From Betaproteobacteria bacterium (GTDB lineage: Bacteria > Acidobacteriota > Vicinamibacteria > Vicinamibacterales > CAVVIG01): a stretch of 64,000 nt of DNA. This document shows positions 33,988 through 42,121 of the stretch, piece after piece; position 1 is the stretch's first letter; the number at the start of each line of letters is the position of its first letter. The notes below the pieces were generated by a model. It ran no database searches. It was not told the origin of the DNA and worked only from the letters and a program-made list of their open reading frames with translations. Position numbers and translations under genes: made by a program. The stretch is taken from the NCBI GenBank assembly GCA_050257855.1, contig JBLMXQ010000133.1, positions 51,651 to 115,650 on the forward strand, written 5' to 3'.

Positions 33988-34881
33988 ATGGTGGAGATTC
34001 GACGCATTCTGTGTCCAATCGATTTCTCGGACTGCTCGCGCCGGGCGCTGCAGCATGCCGTTGCGATCGCGAAGTGGTACGAGTCGCACATCACCGCGCT
34101 TCACGTGATCCGCCCGGTCTTCATTCCGCAGCCGCCCGTGCTCTTCGCGGCGCCGGCCAAAGCCGCCACCAGCGCCGATCGTGACGCGCTCGAACAGGAG
34201 CTTCGCGGCTGGCTCGAGCCGGCAAAGCAGGCGGGCGTCAAGGCCGACCTGGTCTTCGACGAGGGGGTTCCGGCGTCGCGGATCGTCGATCACGTGAGCA
34301 AGCTTCAGGCGGACCTGATCGTCATGGGCACGCACGGAACGAGCGGACTCGAACGGTTCATGCTCGGCTCCGTCGCCGAGAGGGTCCTGCGGACCGCAGG
34401 CTGTCCTGTGATGACCGTCCCGCCGCCCGTGACGGGCGCCGGGAGGATTCCGTACACGAAGATCCTCTGCCCGGTGGACTTCTCAGATTCTTCGCTGACG
34501 GCGTTACAGTACGCCTTCTCGCTGGCGAAGGAGTCCGACGCGCGGGTCACGATCCTTCACGTCTTCGAATGGCCGGCCGAGGCCGAGATGCCGATCCAGG
34601 GGTTCGACGTGCCCGAGTACCGCCGCCTGATCGAAGGTGACGCGCGCGCGCGTCTCGATGCCCTGGTGACCGACGACGTTCGCGTCTGGAGCAAGCCGGA
34701 AACGCGAGTGGCTCATGGAAAACCGTACCGGCGGATTCTGGAGGCGGCCGAGGCGGACGGCGCCGATCTCATCGTCATGGGCGTCCACGGGAGAAATCCG
34801 CTGGATATGGCGCTCTTCGGATCGACGACGAATCATGTCGTCCGGCGCGCGCCGTGCCCGGTGCTGACGCTGAAGCAGTAG
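33988..34881 (+). CDS. Tandem universal stress protein (two UspA domains)
   Basis: ILCPIDFSDCSRRAL...ADLIVMGTHGTSGLERFMLGSVAERVLRTAGCPVMTV, repeated as ILCPVDFSDSSLTAL...ADLIVMGVHGRNPLDMALFGSTTNHVVRRAPCPVLTL. Confidence 0.88.
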   Translation: MVEIRRILCPIDFSDCSRRALQHAVAIAKWYESHITALHVIRPVFIPQPPVLFAAPAKAATSADRDALEQELRGWLEPAKQAGVKADLVFDEGVPASRIVDHVSKLQADLIVMGTHGTSGLERFMLGSVAERVLRTAGCPVMTVPPPVTGAGRIPYTKILCPVDFSDSSLTALQYAFSLAKESDARVTILHVFEWPAEAEMPIQGFDVPEYRRLIEGDARARLDALVTDDVRVWSKPETRVAHGKPYRRILEAAEADGADLIVMGVHGRNPLDMALFGSTTNHVVRRAPCPVLTLKQ

Positions 34882-35032
34882 CTAGCCAGCAGCCTGCCCG
34901 CGCGCGCAGGCCCGTTCGCGCGCGCGGGTGACAAGTCGCGGCTCACGTCTCGTGGCCGCACCTCACGCAGAGGCAGGATGCCGGGATATCGCTGCCGGAT
35001 AACCGGCACCGCGCCGGGATCCGAATGACCGG

Positions 35033-35878
35033 TCAGGCCGGGACCTTGTCCAGCTGCGCTTCCCCCTCCCGGCCGCGGACGATTCGGGTACCCGCGAGCG
35101 GGCCCCTGTCCGCCGTCACGACCGTGCACTGGCGCTCGCCCCGGCCGTCTTCCCAGTAGATGACGACCCAGTCGTCCGTGCGGCCCAGGCGGTGCGCGAG
35201 CGAGGTATTGGAGAAGAGCGCCGTGTAATGGCGCCGGCCGCGCGTCGTGTGCAGGATGGGAAGCCAGGCGACGTGCGACGGGTTGAACCGGCGCGGCGCG
35301 ATCTTGACGAGTGCTCCCGCAGCGGCCTTCTCGCGATATTCCCGATCCACGTCGAGAATCTCCCCGACCGGCGGCGGCGCGCCGCGGCCGGACGCGGGCG
35401 GGCGGACGCGGTCGAGGCGGTGCGCGAGCGAGTCGCGGATGCCGGCGAGACGCTTTGCGCCGAACCCGGGCACCTGCTCGAGCCGCCCGTCGTGAGCAGC
35501 CGCCTCGAGCTCCTCGAGCGTGTCGATGCCGAGGTCGTGATGCAGGCGATCGGCCAGGCCACGCCCGACCCCGGGGACCGACGCGAGGAGCCTGACGGGA
35601 TCGCTTTCGCCGCGGAGCCGTTCGAGCATCGCCAGCCGGCCGCGCGCCAGCAGGTCACGGATGGCGCGCGCGATGCCCTCGCCGACGTCGGGCAGCGCCT
35701 CGAGGCCGTCGAGCCCCTCCTGCTTCAGGATGTCGGCGACGGGGCCCGGGAGGCGCCGGACCGTCTCGCTCGCGCGACGATACGCGCGCACGCGGAAGCG
35801 ATTGGCGCCTTGCGCCTCCAGCAGCCGCGCGACCTCGTCGAGCCGGTCGGCCACGTCCTCGTTCAGGCGCTCCGTCAT
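35033..35878 (-). CDS. PolX N-terminal-like helix-hairpin-helix DNA-binding protein lacking palm and PHP domains
   Basis: Collinear with the first 150 aa of the neighbouring PolX ([22 protein letters not shown] ... [12 protein letters not shown] ... [12 protein letters not shown] ... [12 protein letters not shown]). An unrelated 120-aa C-terminus follows. No GDxD catalytic motif is present. Confidence 0.6.
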   Translation of the reverse strand: MTERLNEDVADRLDEVARLLEAQGANRFRVRAYRRASETVRRLPGPVADILKQEGLDGLEALPDVGEGIARAIRDLLARGRLAMLERLRGESDPVRLLASVPGVGRGLADRLHHDLGIDTLEELEAAAHDGRLEQVPGFGAKRLAGIRDSLAHRLDRVRPPASGRGAPPPVGEILDVDREYREKAAAGALVKIAPRRFNPSHVAWLPILHTTRGRRHYTALFSNTSLAHRLGRTDDWVVIYWEDGRGERQCTVVTADRGPLAGTRIVRGREGEAQLDKVPA

Positions 35879-36040
35879 CGTCTCCTCGACAGCCAGCCGA
35901 CGCAAGCGCGATACCGCCTCGGCGGGGCGCCGGCGGGGCCATACGCCCGGAGTCTCAGCAGGGTCCTTGCAACGGTCACCCTCGAACGGCGGCAGTGTGC
36001 CGGTGTCCCGGCGCGGCCGCGTGTCAATGGAGGAGCTGCC

Positions 36041-37669
36041 GTGGCCCACAAACATCTGCTCGTGCAGTCCGCGGCCCGAGAAAAGATTCTGCGGGGCGCG
36101 CTGGCGCTGGCCGACGCCGTGCGGGTCACTCTGGGCCCGAAGTCGAAGTGCGTGCTGATCGAGAAGAAGTGGGGCCGTCCGATCGTCTGCAACGACGGCG
36201 TGACCATCGCGCGCGAGTTCGAGCTCGAGGACCACGAGGAGAATCTCGGCGCACAGGTGATCCGGCAGGCGGCCGAGCGCACCGGTGAGCTGGTCGGCGA
36301 CGGCACGACGACCTCGACGCTGATCGCCGCCTCGATCTTCCGCGAAGGCGTCAGGAACATCGCGGCCGGGGCGAGCGCGATCGAGCTGAAGCGCGGCCTC
36401 GACCGCGGCCTGCAGGCGGTCGTGTCCCGCCTCAAGGAGCTGTCGCGACCCGTAGCCGACCGACGGCAGCGCGTGCAGGTGGCGACGATCTCGGCCCACA
36501 ACGACCAGACGATCGGCGAAATCGTCGCCGACGCGCTGGAAAAGGTCGGCGCCGAGGGCACGACCTCAGTCGAGGAGGCGAAGGGCACCGAGACGACCGT
36601 CGAGGTCGTCGAGGGGATGCGACTCGATCGCGGCTATCTGTCGCCCTATTTCATCACCGACGCCGAGAAGATGAGGGCCGTCCTCGACGAACCGGCCGTG
36701 CTCCTCTACGAGAAGAAGATCAGCACGATGACGGACTTGCTGCCGCTGCTCGAGCAGATCGCGAAGAGCGGCCAGGCGCTCCTCGTCGTCGCCGACGACG
36801 TCGAAGGCGATGCCCTGGCAACGCTCGTCGTCAACAAGGTTCGGGGCATCCTGCCGTGCGTGGCCGTCAAGGCGCCGGGTTATGGCGACCGCAGGCGCGC
36901 GATGCTCGAGGATCTGGCGATCCTCACGGGCGGCCGGCTGATTGCCGAGGAGCTGGGCGTCAAGCTGGCGAGCGTGACGCCGGACGACCTCGGACATGCC
37001 AGGCGCGTCGTCGCCGACAAGGAGACGACGACCATCGTCGGCGGCGCCGGCGGGAAGGCGGCGATCGACGGGCGCGCCAGCGAAATCCGGGCGCAGATCA
37101 AAACCGCCACGTCCGATTACGACCGCGAGAAGCTCGAAGAGCGGCTCGCGAAGCTGACCGGGGGCGTCGCCGTGATCCGGGTCGGTGCGCCGTCGGAAGC
37201 CGAGCTGAAGAACCGGCGCGAGGCCTTCGACGACGCGATCAGCGCGACGAAAGCGGCGATGGCGGAAGGGATCGTGCCCGGCGGCGGGCTCGCGCTCCTG
37301 CGCGCCATCGACGCGGTCGAGCGCGACGCGGCCGCCTGCAGCGGCGACGAGCGGACCGGCGTGCTGATTCTCGAGCGCGCGCTCGAGGCGCCGACGCGGC
37401 AGATCGCCGAGAACTCCGGCTGGGACGGCGGCGTTGTCGTCGACCGGATGCGCAGCGGCAGCGGCGCGTACGGATTCGACGCGGGCCGGGGCACCTACGT
37501 GGATCTCGTCGAGGCCGGCATCGTCGATCCGACGAAGGTCGTACGGGTGGCTCTCGAGAACGCGGTGTCGGTTGCCAGCGTTCTCCTGCTGACGGAAGCG
37601 ACGCTCACCGAGGTTCCCGAGGCGAAGCACGAGATGCACGACATGGCGGAGTCGGCGGAAAGCGCTTGA
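36041..37669 (+). CDS. groEL: Chaperonin GroEL paralog (no adjacent groES)
   Basis: GTG 36041 lies 7 nt after [21 protein letters not shown] ... [13 protein letters not shown] ... GDGTTTSTL ... [25 protein letters not shown] ... [12 protein letters not shown] ... [10 protein letters not shown]. The C-terminus ends [16 protein letters not shown], not a GGM repeat. Confidence 0.9.
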   Translation: MAHKHLLVQSAAREKILRGALALADAVRVTLGPKSKCVLIEKKWGRPIVCNDGVTIAREFELEDHEENLGAQVIRQAAERTGELVGDGTTTSTLIAASIFREGVRNIAAGASAIELKRGLDRGLQAVVSRLKELSRPVADRRQRVQVATISAHNDQTIGEIVADALEKVGAEGTTSVEEAKGTETTVEVVEGMRLDRGYLSPYFITDAEKMRAVLDEPAVLLYEKKISTMTDLLPLLEQIAKSGQALLVVADDVEGDALATLVVNKVRGILPCVAVKAPGYGDRRRAMLEDLAILTGGRLIAEELGVKLASVTPDDLGHARRVVADKETTTIVGGAGGKAAIDGRASEIRAQIKTATSDYDREKLEERLAKLTGGVAVIRVGAPSEAELKNRREAFDDAISATKAAMAEGIVPGGGLALLRAIDAVERDAAACSGDERTGVLILERALEAPTRQIAENSGWDGGVVVDRMRSGSGAYGFDAGRGTYVDLVEAGIVDPTKVVRVALENAVSVASVLLLTEATLTEVPEAKHEMHDMAESAESA

Positions 37670-37683
37670 AGTCGACGCACGGC

Positions 37684-37712
37684 TTGACAACGGGGGAGAG
37701 GAGGCGTATTCG
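37684..37712 (+). promoter_or_regulatory. Promoter-like element TTGACA-N17-TATTCG inside the groEL/hsp20 spacer
   Basis: Perfect -35 hexamer at 37684-37689, 15 nt after the groEL stop. 17-nt spacer. The -10 matches 3 of 6 positions. Confidence 0.3.
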
Positions 37713-37749
37713 TAAATGTAGCCACGCCACTCCAGACGTGGAGGTTCTC

Positions 37750-37794
37750 ATGAGCGAACCGCCGGGCTGGCAGGGCGTGCGTCGCGACCGGTAG
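37750..37794 (+). other. Candidate 14-codon small ORF (MSEPPGWQGVRRDR) with strong Shine-Dalgarno
   Basis: GGAGG at 37740-37744, a 5-nt spacer, ATG 37750, TAG 37792-37794. No homology is inferable. Confidence 0.25.
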
Positions 37795-37911
37795 AAGAAC
37801 AATCGTCAGACCGATCCGACGTGCGCGAGCGATGACGCACGACAATCGACGTCGACAGAATCACTAAGAAGATCCAGGCTCCTGCCTGGAGGCGTGTTCA
37901 ACACGCACGAG

Positions 37912-37950
37912 ACGCCCGAATCCCGAGCGCCCGCTCGGGACCGGGCGTTT
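37912..37950 (+). terminator. Rho-independent-type terminator (two-tier GC stem followed by TTT)
   Basis: ACGCCCG-aat-CCCGAGCG-cc-CGCTCGGG-ac-CGGGCGT then TTcctt. Only the plus strand has the T-run. Confidence 0.45.
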
Positions 37951-37961
37951 CCTTCGTCAGG

Positions 37962-38528
37962 CTACTTCTTCCCTGACGAGCCTTCGCCGATCTCGAGACG
38001 CCGCCCCCGCCGCACCTGCTCGGGCGGCGCCGGCATGGTGATTTCGAGCACGCCGTCCCCGAACTTCGCTTTCGCCTGATCGGTCATCGCGCCCTCAGGC
38101 AGCGGGATCACACGATAGAAACTGCCGTAGCTGCGCTCGGACCGATACACACCCTCGCGCTCTTCTTCGTGCTCGCGCCTGCGCTCGCCCTGGATCGTGA
38201 TGGAGTCGTCGGTGACGTCGACCGACACGTCGTCCTTGCCGAGGCCTGGAAGGTCGGCGCGCACAACCAGTTCATTGTTGCGGTGGAAGATCTCGACTTC
38301 CGGCGCCCAGGCCTGCAGTTCGGTGCCCGCCCTGCGCCACGGGGAGCGGAGCAGGCTGCCCGCCCGCGGAGCCATCAGCCCGCGGCCGACGCCGAAGTCG
38401 TCGAACACGCGGTCCATCTCGTCGACGAAACGCTCGAGCATGCGGAACGGGCCCGCGTCCAGGAATGGATCCCTGCGAGCGAGGCCGCGCTGCTCCCGCT
38501 GAGCCACATCGGTGCGTTTCTCGGCCAT
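37962..38528 (-). CDS. Small heat-shock protein, Hsp20/alpha-crystallin family
   Basis: The start is taken at MAEKRTD (GGAGGA lies 7 nt upstream). WAPEVEIFHRNNELVVRADLPGLGKDDVSVDVTDDSITIQGER ... GSFYRVIPLPEGA ... AKFGDGVLEITMP. Confidence 0.9.
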   Translation of the reverse strand: MAEKRTDVAQREQRGLARRDPFLDAGPFRMLERFVDEMDRVFDDFGVGRGLMAPRAGSLLRSPWRRAGTELQAWAPEVEIFHRNNELVVRADLPGLGKDDVSVDVTDDSITIQGERRREHEEEREGVYRSERSYGSFYRVIPLPEGAMTDQAKAKFGDGVLEITMPAPPEQVRRGRRLEIGEGSSGKK

Positions 38529-38566
38529 ACCGTCCTCCAGTCTTCTGGGTTCGTGCTTCCGTGTTG

Positions 38567-38595
38567 TCGAGGGATTCAGGCGGCCGTCGTGCAAG
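38567..38595 (-). promoter_or_regulatory. Heat-shock-type promoter candidate (CTTGCA-N16-CCCTCGA) upstream of hsp20
   Basis: On the minus strand: CTTGCA (38595-38590), 16 nt, then CCCTCGA (38573-38567), 38 nt before the ATG. It resembles the CTTGAA / CCCCATnT sigma-32 pattern. Confidence 0.3.
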
Positions 38596-38713
38596 CGGTG
38601 AGCCATGGCGACCGGGCCCTGAGGCGCGGCAACGCCGGAGTCGACGCCGTGGCGCTGTCAGGTTGCCGTGCAGTGTGCGAGTGAAAGGTGTAGCAGGGGC
38701 CTACGCGCGTGAC

Positions 38714-39367
38714 TCACTCGGCCGCTGCTCGAGGCTCACGATCCGCGAAGCGCGGACCCGCGGTCGTGGAGAGCGTCGTGAAGGTCGCTCCGGCGTCGCG
38801 CATGGCCGCCATCGCTCTGCTCACGTCGCCAGGATGAACGTCGATGCCGGCAATGCCGTCCGTCAACACGGTGGCGTCGAGCCCGGCACGCCGCGCGTCG
38901 AGGACCGACGTCCGGACGCAGTAGTCGGTCGTGAGACCGCCGATATAGAGATGCCCGATCCCCCGCTTCCGAAGATCCTCGAGGAGCGGCTTCCCGGACT
39001 CCGTGCGTCCGTCGAACGCCGAATAGCCGGGCCGCGTCGGGTCGTCGCCCTTGCTGATCAGGATCGCCGACGCCGGCAGGTGAAGGTCCGGATGGAACGC
39101 CGCGCCCTCGGAGTGCTGAACGCAGTGAGGCGGCCACTCGCCGCCGTACTGCTTGAAATGGCTCGTTACCGCCGGGTGCCAGTCGCGCGAGACGTAGATC
39201 GGCAGCCCCTGGTCGATCGCCGCTTCGATATACCGATTGAGCACCGGCACGACGCGATCACCTTCTGGCACGGCCAGGGAACCCCCGGGACAGAAGTCGC
39301 GCTGAACGTCGACGACCAGCAGGGCGGAGTGCGCTGCCCGTGCCCCGGGCCCGACCGGCTTTCCCAT
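38714..39367 (-). CDS. pncA: Nicotinamidase / isochorismatase-family hydrolase
   Basis: ALLVVDVQRDFCPGGSLAV ... SRDWHP ... PPHCVQHSEGA ... YIGGLTTDYCVRTSVLDA has the catalytic D, K and C pattern of PncA. Confidence 0.85.
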   Translation of the reverse strand: MGKPVGPGARAAHSALLVVDVQRDFCPGGSLAVPEGDRVVPVLNRYIEAAIDQGLPIYVSRDWHPAVTSHFKQYGGEWPPHCVQHSEGAAFHPDLHLPASAILISKGDDPTRPGYSAFDGRTESGKPLLEDLRKRGIGHLYIGGLTTDYCVRTSVLDARRAGLDATVLTDGIAGIDVHPGDVSRAMAAMRDAGATFTTLSTTAGPRFADREPRAAAE

Positions 39368-39529
39368 GGCTTTCAGGCTATCTCCGGATTCTCCGGGCTG
39401 CAACCACGACGGTCCTGACCCGCCAGGGGCCGTCTCCGCCGCCGAGAGCGCCTGCCGGATTTCCGGCACCAGCGCATCCTGGTCCCCGGCAATCTCAGAA
39501 AATCGAGCGGTTCGGGCGTATCCGTGGCC

Positions 39530-39544
39530 CGGCACGACCGTTGC
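39530..39544 (+). promoter_or_regulatory. Sigma-54-type promoter (cGGCAC-gaccg-TTGC) upstream of the Cys-rich hypothetical gene
   Basis: GGCAC-N5-TTGC. The -12 C lies 33 nt before ATG 39577, with GGAGGAG at 39567-39573. Confidence 0.55.
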
Positions 39545-39576
39545 GGTCCCTTTTTGGCACAAGCCGGAGGAGACGC

Positions 39577-39942
39577 ATGACCAGAACGATTGATTCCCGC
39601 GGGGCGGCGCACAGCGCCGAACAACTGATGGAAGCGGCAGCGGAAGGCCAGTTCTCAACCCAGGTGCTCGCCGGTCTTCTGAACGAACAGGCGCGGCATG
39701 CGTTTCTCGAGACGTGCGCTCGCATCGAGCGGACGTACACCGAAGCATGCCCGACCGTCAACGAACCGTGTCTCGCGTCGGGCTGCTCCTTGGAGGGCAC
39801 GAACGAGATTTGCCTGCAGCCGCTCCTCGCGGCGGACGGCGACTATCTGCGCGCCTGCGCGGCGGAATGGATTAAGCTGTTTCGCAGGCCCGAGAACCGC
39901 GCCGACTTCTGGCAGGCCGGTTCGCCACTGATCGAGCACTGA
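39577..39942 (+). CDS. Hypothetical 121-aa cysteine-rich protein
   Basis: Strong SD plus ATG, high GC3, and seven Cys (..LETCARIERTYTEACPTVNEPCLASGCSLEGTNEICLQ...LRACAAEW). I recognise no family. Confidence 0.55.
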   Translation: MTRTIDSRGAAHSAEQLMEAAAEGQFSTQVLAGLLNEQARHAFLETCARIERTYTEACPTVNEPCLASGCSLEGTNEICLQPLLAADGDYLRACAAEWIKLFRRPENRADFWQAGSPLIEH

Positions 39943-40034
39943 CGCGGTCCGTTCCCCGGGCGTCCGAGACTGGGCGATACTGAGGGAGGCGCGGGCGGGT
40001 GCCTCAGCCGCAGCGGTCGGCGACCGGCTGCGAT

Positions 40035-40049
40035 CGGCACGCTCATTGC
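40035..40049 (+). promoter_or_regulatory. Sigma-54-type promoter (cGGCAC-gctca-TTGC) abutting the cfa start
   Basis: GGCAC-N5-TTGC. The -12 C is at 40049, only 14 nt before ATG 40063. This would imply a nearly leaderless mRNA and argues against GTG 40054 as the start. Confidence 0.45.
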
Positions 40050-40053
40050 GCTC

Positions 40054-41283
40054 GTGTTCGTCATGCCAGACGGCCACTTTCTCTACCCAGCACCCACGTT
40101 CTCCCGCCAGGCGGCGACGTGGCGCTCGACGCCGATTGACCGCTGGGCCGTGTCGCGCATTCACCAGCACGTCGCCAGCGCACGGCTGCGCTTCGTGCTG
40201 TGGGACGGATTCGAGATCCCTTCCGCGTCCGGCCCGCCGGTTGCGGCCATCCACTTCAAGAACCGTTCGGCGCTGTACAGCTGGCTCTGGAATCCGGAGC
40301 TGTACTTCGGCGAAGCCTACATGTTCGGGTCCGTGGAGGTCCGGGGCGACCTCGTCGACACGCTGGTGGAGGTGTATCGCGCGCTCGAGGACGCCGGGCC
40401 GTCGCGGCCGCGGTGGTGGCGCTCGAACGACATCTCGACGTCGCGAGCCAATGTGCACCACCACTACGATCTGGGCAACGATTTCTATCGCCTGTGGCTC
40501 GATCGCGAGTTGTTGTACACGTGCGCGTATTTCCCGACCCCGGCGTACGGCCTCGAAGACGCACAGCGTGCCAAGATGAATCTGGTGTGCCGCAAGCTGG
40601 CGCTGCAGGAGGGGGAGCGCGTGCTGGAGGCCGGTTGCGGCTGGGGGGCGCTCGCGCTGTTCATGGCGAGGCACTACGGCGTGTCGGTCACCGCCTGCAA
40701 CCTCTCGCATGAACAGATCGCGTATGCGCGCGAGCGCGCGGCTCAGGAAGGCCTCGCCGGCCGTGTCGAGTTCGTCGAGGACGACTATCGCAATATGCGC
40801 GGCGAGCACGACGTGTTCGTGTCGGTCGGTATGCTCGAGCACGTGGGCCTTCCGGACTACCCGACGTTCGGCAACCTCATCGACCGCACGATCGGCCGTC
40901 ACGGCCGCGGCCTGCTCCACTTCATCGGTCGGGACGCGTCGCTGCCGCTCAATCCGTGGATCCGTCGCCGAATCTTCCCGGGGGCCTATCCGCCGACACT
41001 GCGCGAGGTCTTCGACCGCGTGCTCGAGCCCCACACCCTGTCGGTGCTCGACGTCGAAAACCTGCGCCTGCACTACGCCACGACCCTCGACCACTGGCGC
41101 CGGCGATACGAGAATGCCGTCGACCGGATTCGATCGATGTTCGACGAGCCGTTCGTGCGCGCCTGGCGCCTGTACCTCGCGGGGTCGCAGGCTGCCTTCA
41201 CGACCGGCAGCCTGCAGCTGTTCCAGGTCGTGTTCGCCCGCGGCGGCAGCAACTCCATTCCCTGGACCCGCCGGTCCGGGTGA
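40054..41283 (+). CDS. cfa: Cyclopropane-fatty-acyl-phospholipid synthase family SAM methyltransferase
   Basis: HYDLGNDFYRLWLDRELLYTCAYF ... LEAGCGWGALALFMA ... FVSVGMLEHVG ... LHYATTLDHWRRRY. The start may be ATG 40063. Confidence 0.88.
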   Translation: MFVMPDGHFLYPAPTFSRQAATWRSTPIDRWAVSRIHQHVASARLRFVLWDGFEIPSASGPPVAAIHFKNRSALYSWLWNPELYFGEAYMFGSVEVRGDLVDTLVEVYRALEDAGPSRPRWWRSNDISTSRANVHHHYDLGNDFYRLWLDRELLYTCAYFPTPAYGLEDAQRAKMNLVCRKLALQEGERVLEAGCGWGALALFMARHYGVSVTACNLSHEQIAYARERAAQEGLAGRVEFVEDDYRNMRGEHDVFVSVGMLEHVGLPDYPTFGNLIDRTIGRHGRGLLHFIGRDASLPLNPWIRRRIFPGAYPPTLREVFDRVLEPHTLSVLDVENLRLHYATTLDHWRRRYENAVDRIRSMFDEPFVRAWRLYLAGSQAAFTTGSLQLFQVVFARGGSNSIPWTRRSG

Positions 41284-41298
41284 CACGCTGCGTGGCGT

Positions 41299-42063
41299 TC
41301 AACCGCCGGTTCCTTCCGCGTCGGCCCGCGCCGCTTCGAGCGCCCGCGTGAGCCGCCGCCAGTGGGAGCCCTGCCAGTAGACCCGTCCGCAGGCGGCGCA
41401 GCGGCGGAACCGATCGTAGTACGCGCGGGTGCGCGGCAGCAGCGCGGCGTCCACTTCGGCCTTCGGGACGTCGCGCAGCACCCCGTTGCATCGGGTGCAG
41501 CGCGAGAACGGCCGAATCGGCAGCGGACCGAACCGGCGCAACACCTCCACGAGCTGATCGTGCGGCCGGGTCGCGCGGAGGAAGCAGCCGTGCGCGACGA
41601 TGCTGCGCTTGAGGAGCGCCTGGTCGCGCGTGAGCAGGACCCGCTGTTCCCGCGCCGAGATCTGCGCCAGGTCCGCGTCGCCGGCGTCGTTGCGGTAGGC
41701 GGTGTCGAACCCGGCCAGACGCAGCCGCCTGGCCAGCGCGCCGAGGTGAACGTCGGCCACGAACCGGATTGGCTCTGGCGGCGTGACGCGCACGCGGCTC
41801 AGCGCATCGATGTCGAGCGAGACGAATCGTGGAAATACCGCGATGCGATCGCCGGACCGCACGACGTAATCGAACCGGACCGGCGATCCGTCCACGAGGA
41901 CGAGGTCGATTTCGGGATGCGGGACGCCGATCGCTTCGACGACGTCCTTCACGGCAGCGCGCCTTTTGAGGACGATCCGCCCTGTCACCTGCCGCCGCGC
42001 CGGCGTAAGGAAGTCGTTGAGCGGGCCGTAGATTCTGACGGTGACTTCGAGCATCTGAAGCAA
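41299..42063 (-). CDS. Mut7-C-type RNase (PIN-like) domain protein with N-terminal ubiquitin-like domain and C-terminal Zn ribbon
   Basis: N-terminus: VTVRIYGPLNDFL...VKDVVEAIGVPHPEIDLVLVDG...GDRIAVFP (beta-grasp-like). Then FVADVHLGALARRLRLAGFD...LLTRD. Then CTRCNGVL...CAACGRVYWQGSHW. Confidence 0.7.
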   Translation of the reverse strand: MLQMLEVTVRIYGPLNDFLTPARRQVTGRIVLKRRAAVKDVVEAIGVPHPEIDLVLVDGSPVRFDYVVRSGDRIAVFPRFVSLDIDALSRVRVTPPEPIRFVADVHLGALARRLRLAGFDTAYRNDAGDADLAQISAREQRVLLTRDQALLKRSIVAHGCFLRATRPHDQLVEVLRRFGPLPIRPFSRCTRCNGVLRDVPKAEVDAALLPRTRAYYDRFRRCAACGRVYWQGSHWRRLTRALEAARADAEGTGG

Positions 42064-42072
42064 CCCCGAGCG

Positions 42073-42093
42073 CCGACGGCCGAGAGCCGACGG
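42073..42093. repeat. Three CCGANNG heptamers (ccgacgg ccgagag ccgacgg) in the Mut7-C/treS divergent spacer
   Basis: Read directly. It shares CCGAGAGCCGA with the 8350-8402 array. Confidence 0.6.
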
Positions 42094-42121
42094 CTATGCT
42101 GATGTGATAGCTTGACATGTT

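Larger units (their letters stand above)
37720..37950 (+). ncRNA. Candidate structured small RNA or short leader-type transcript (unclassified)
   Basis: Bounded by the promoter-like element and the terminator at 37912-37950. It contains several hairpins: CTCCA-gacg-TGGAG at about 37730-37743; TCCAGG-ctcctg-CCTGGA at 37873-37890; GCGTG-ttcaa-CACGC at about 37892-37906. There is long-range GTGCGTC/GACGCAC complementarity. I could not match it to a known RNA family. Confidence 0.3.

Noticed and set aside
35879-36040. CIRCE (TTAGCACTC-N9-GAGTGCTAA) or HAIR operator upstream of groEL.
   Set aside because: Neither inverted repeat is present when the region is read on both strands.
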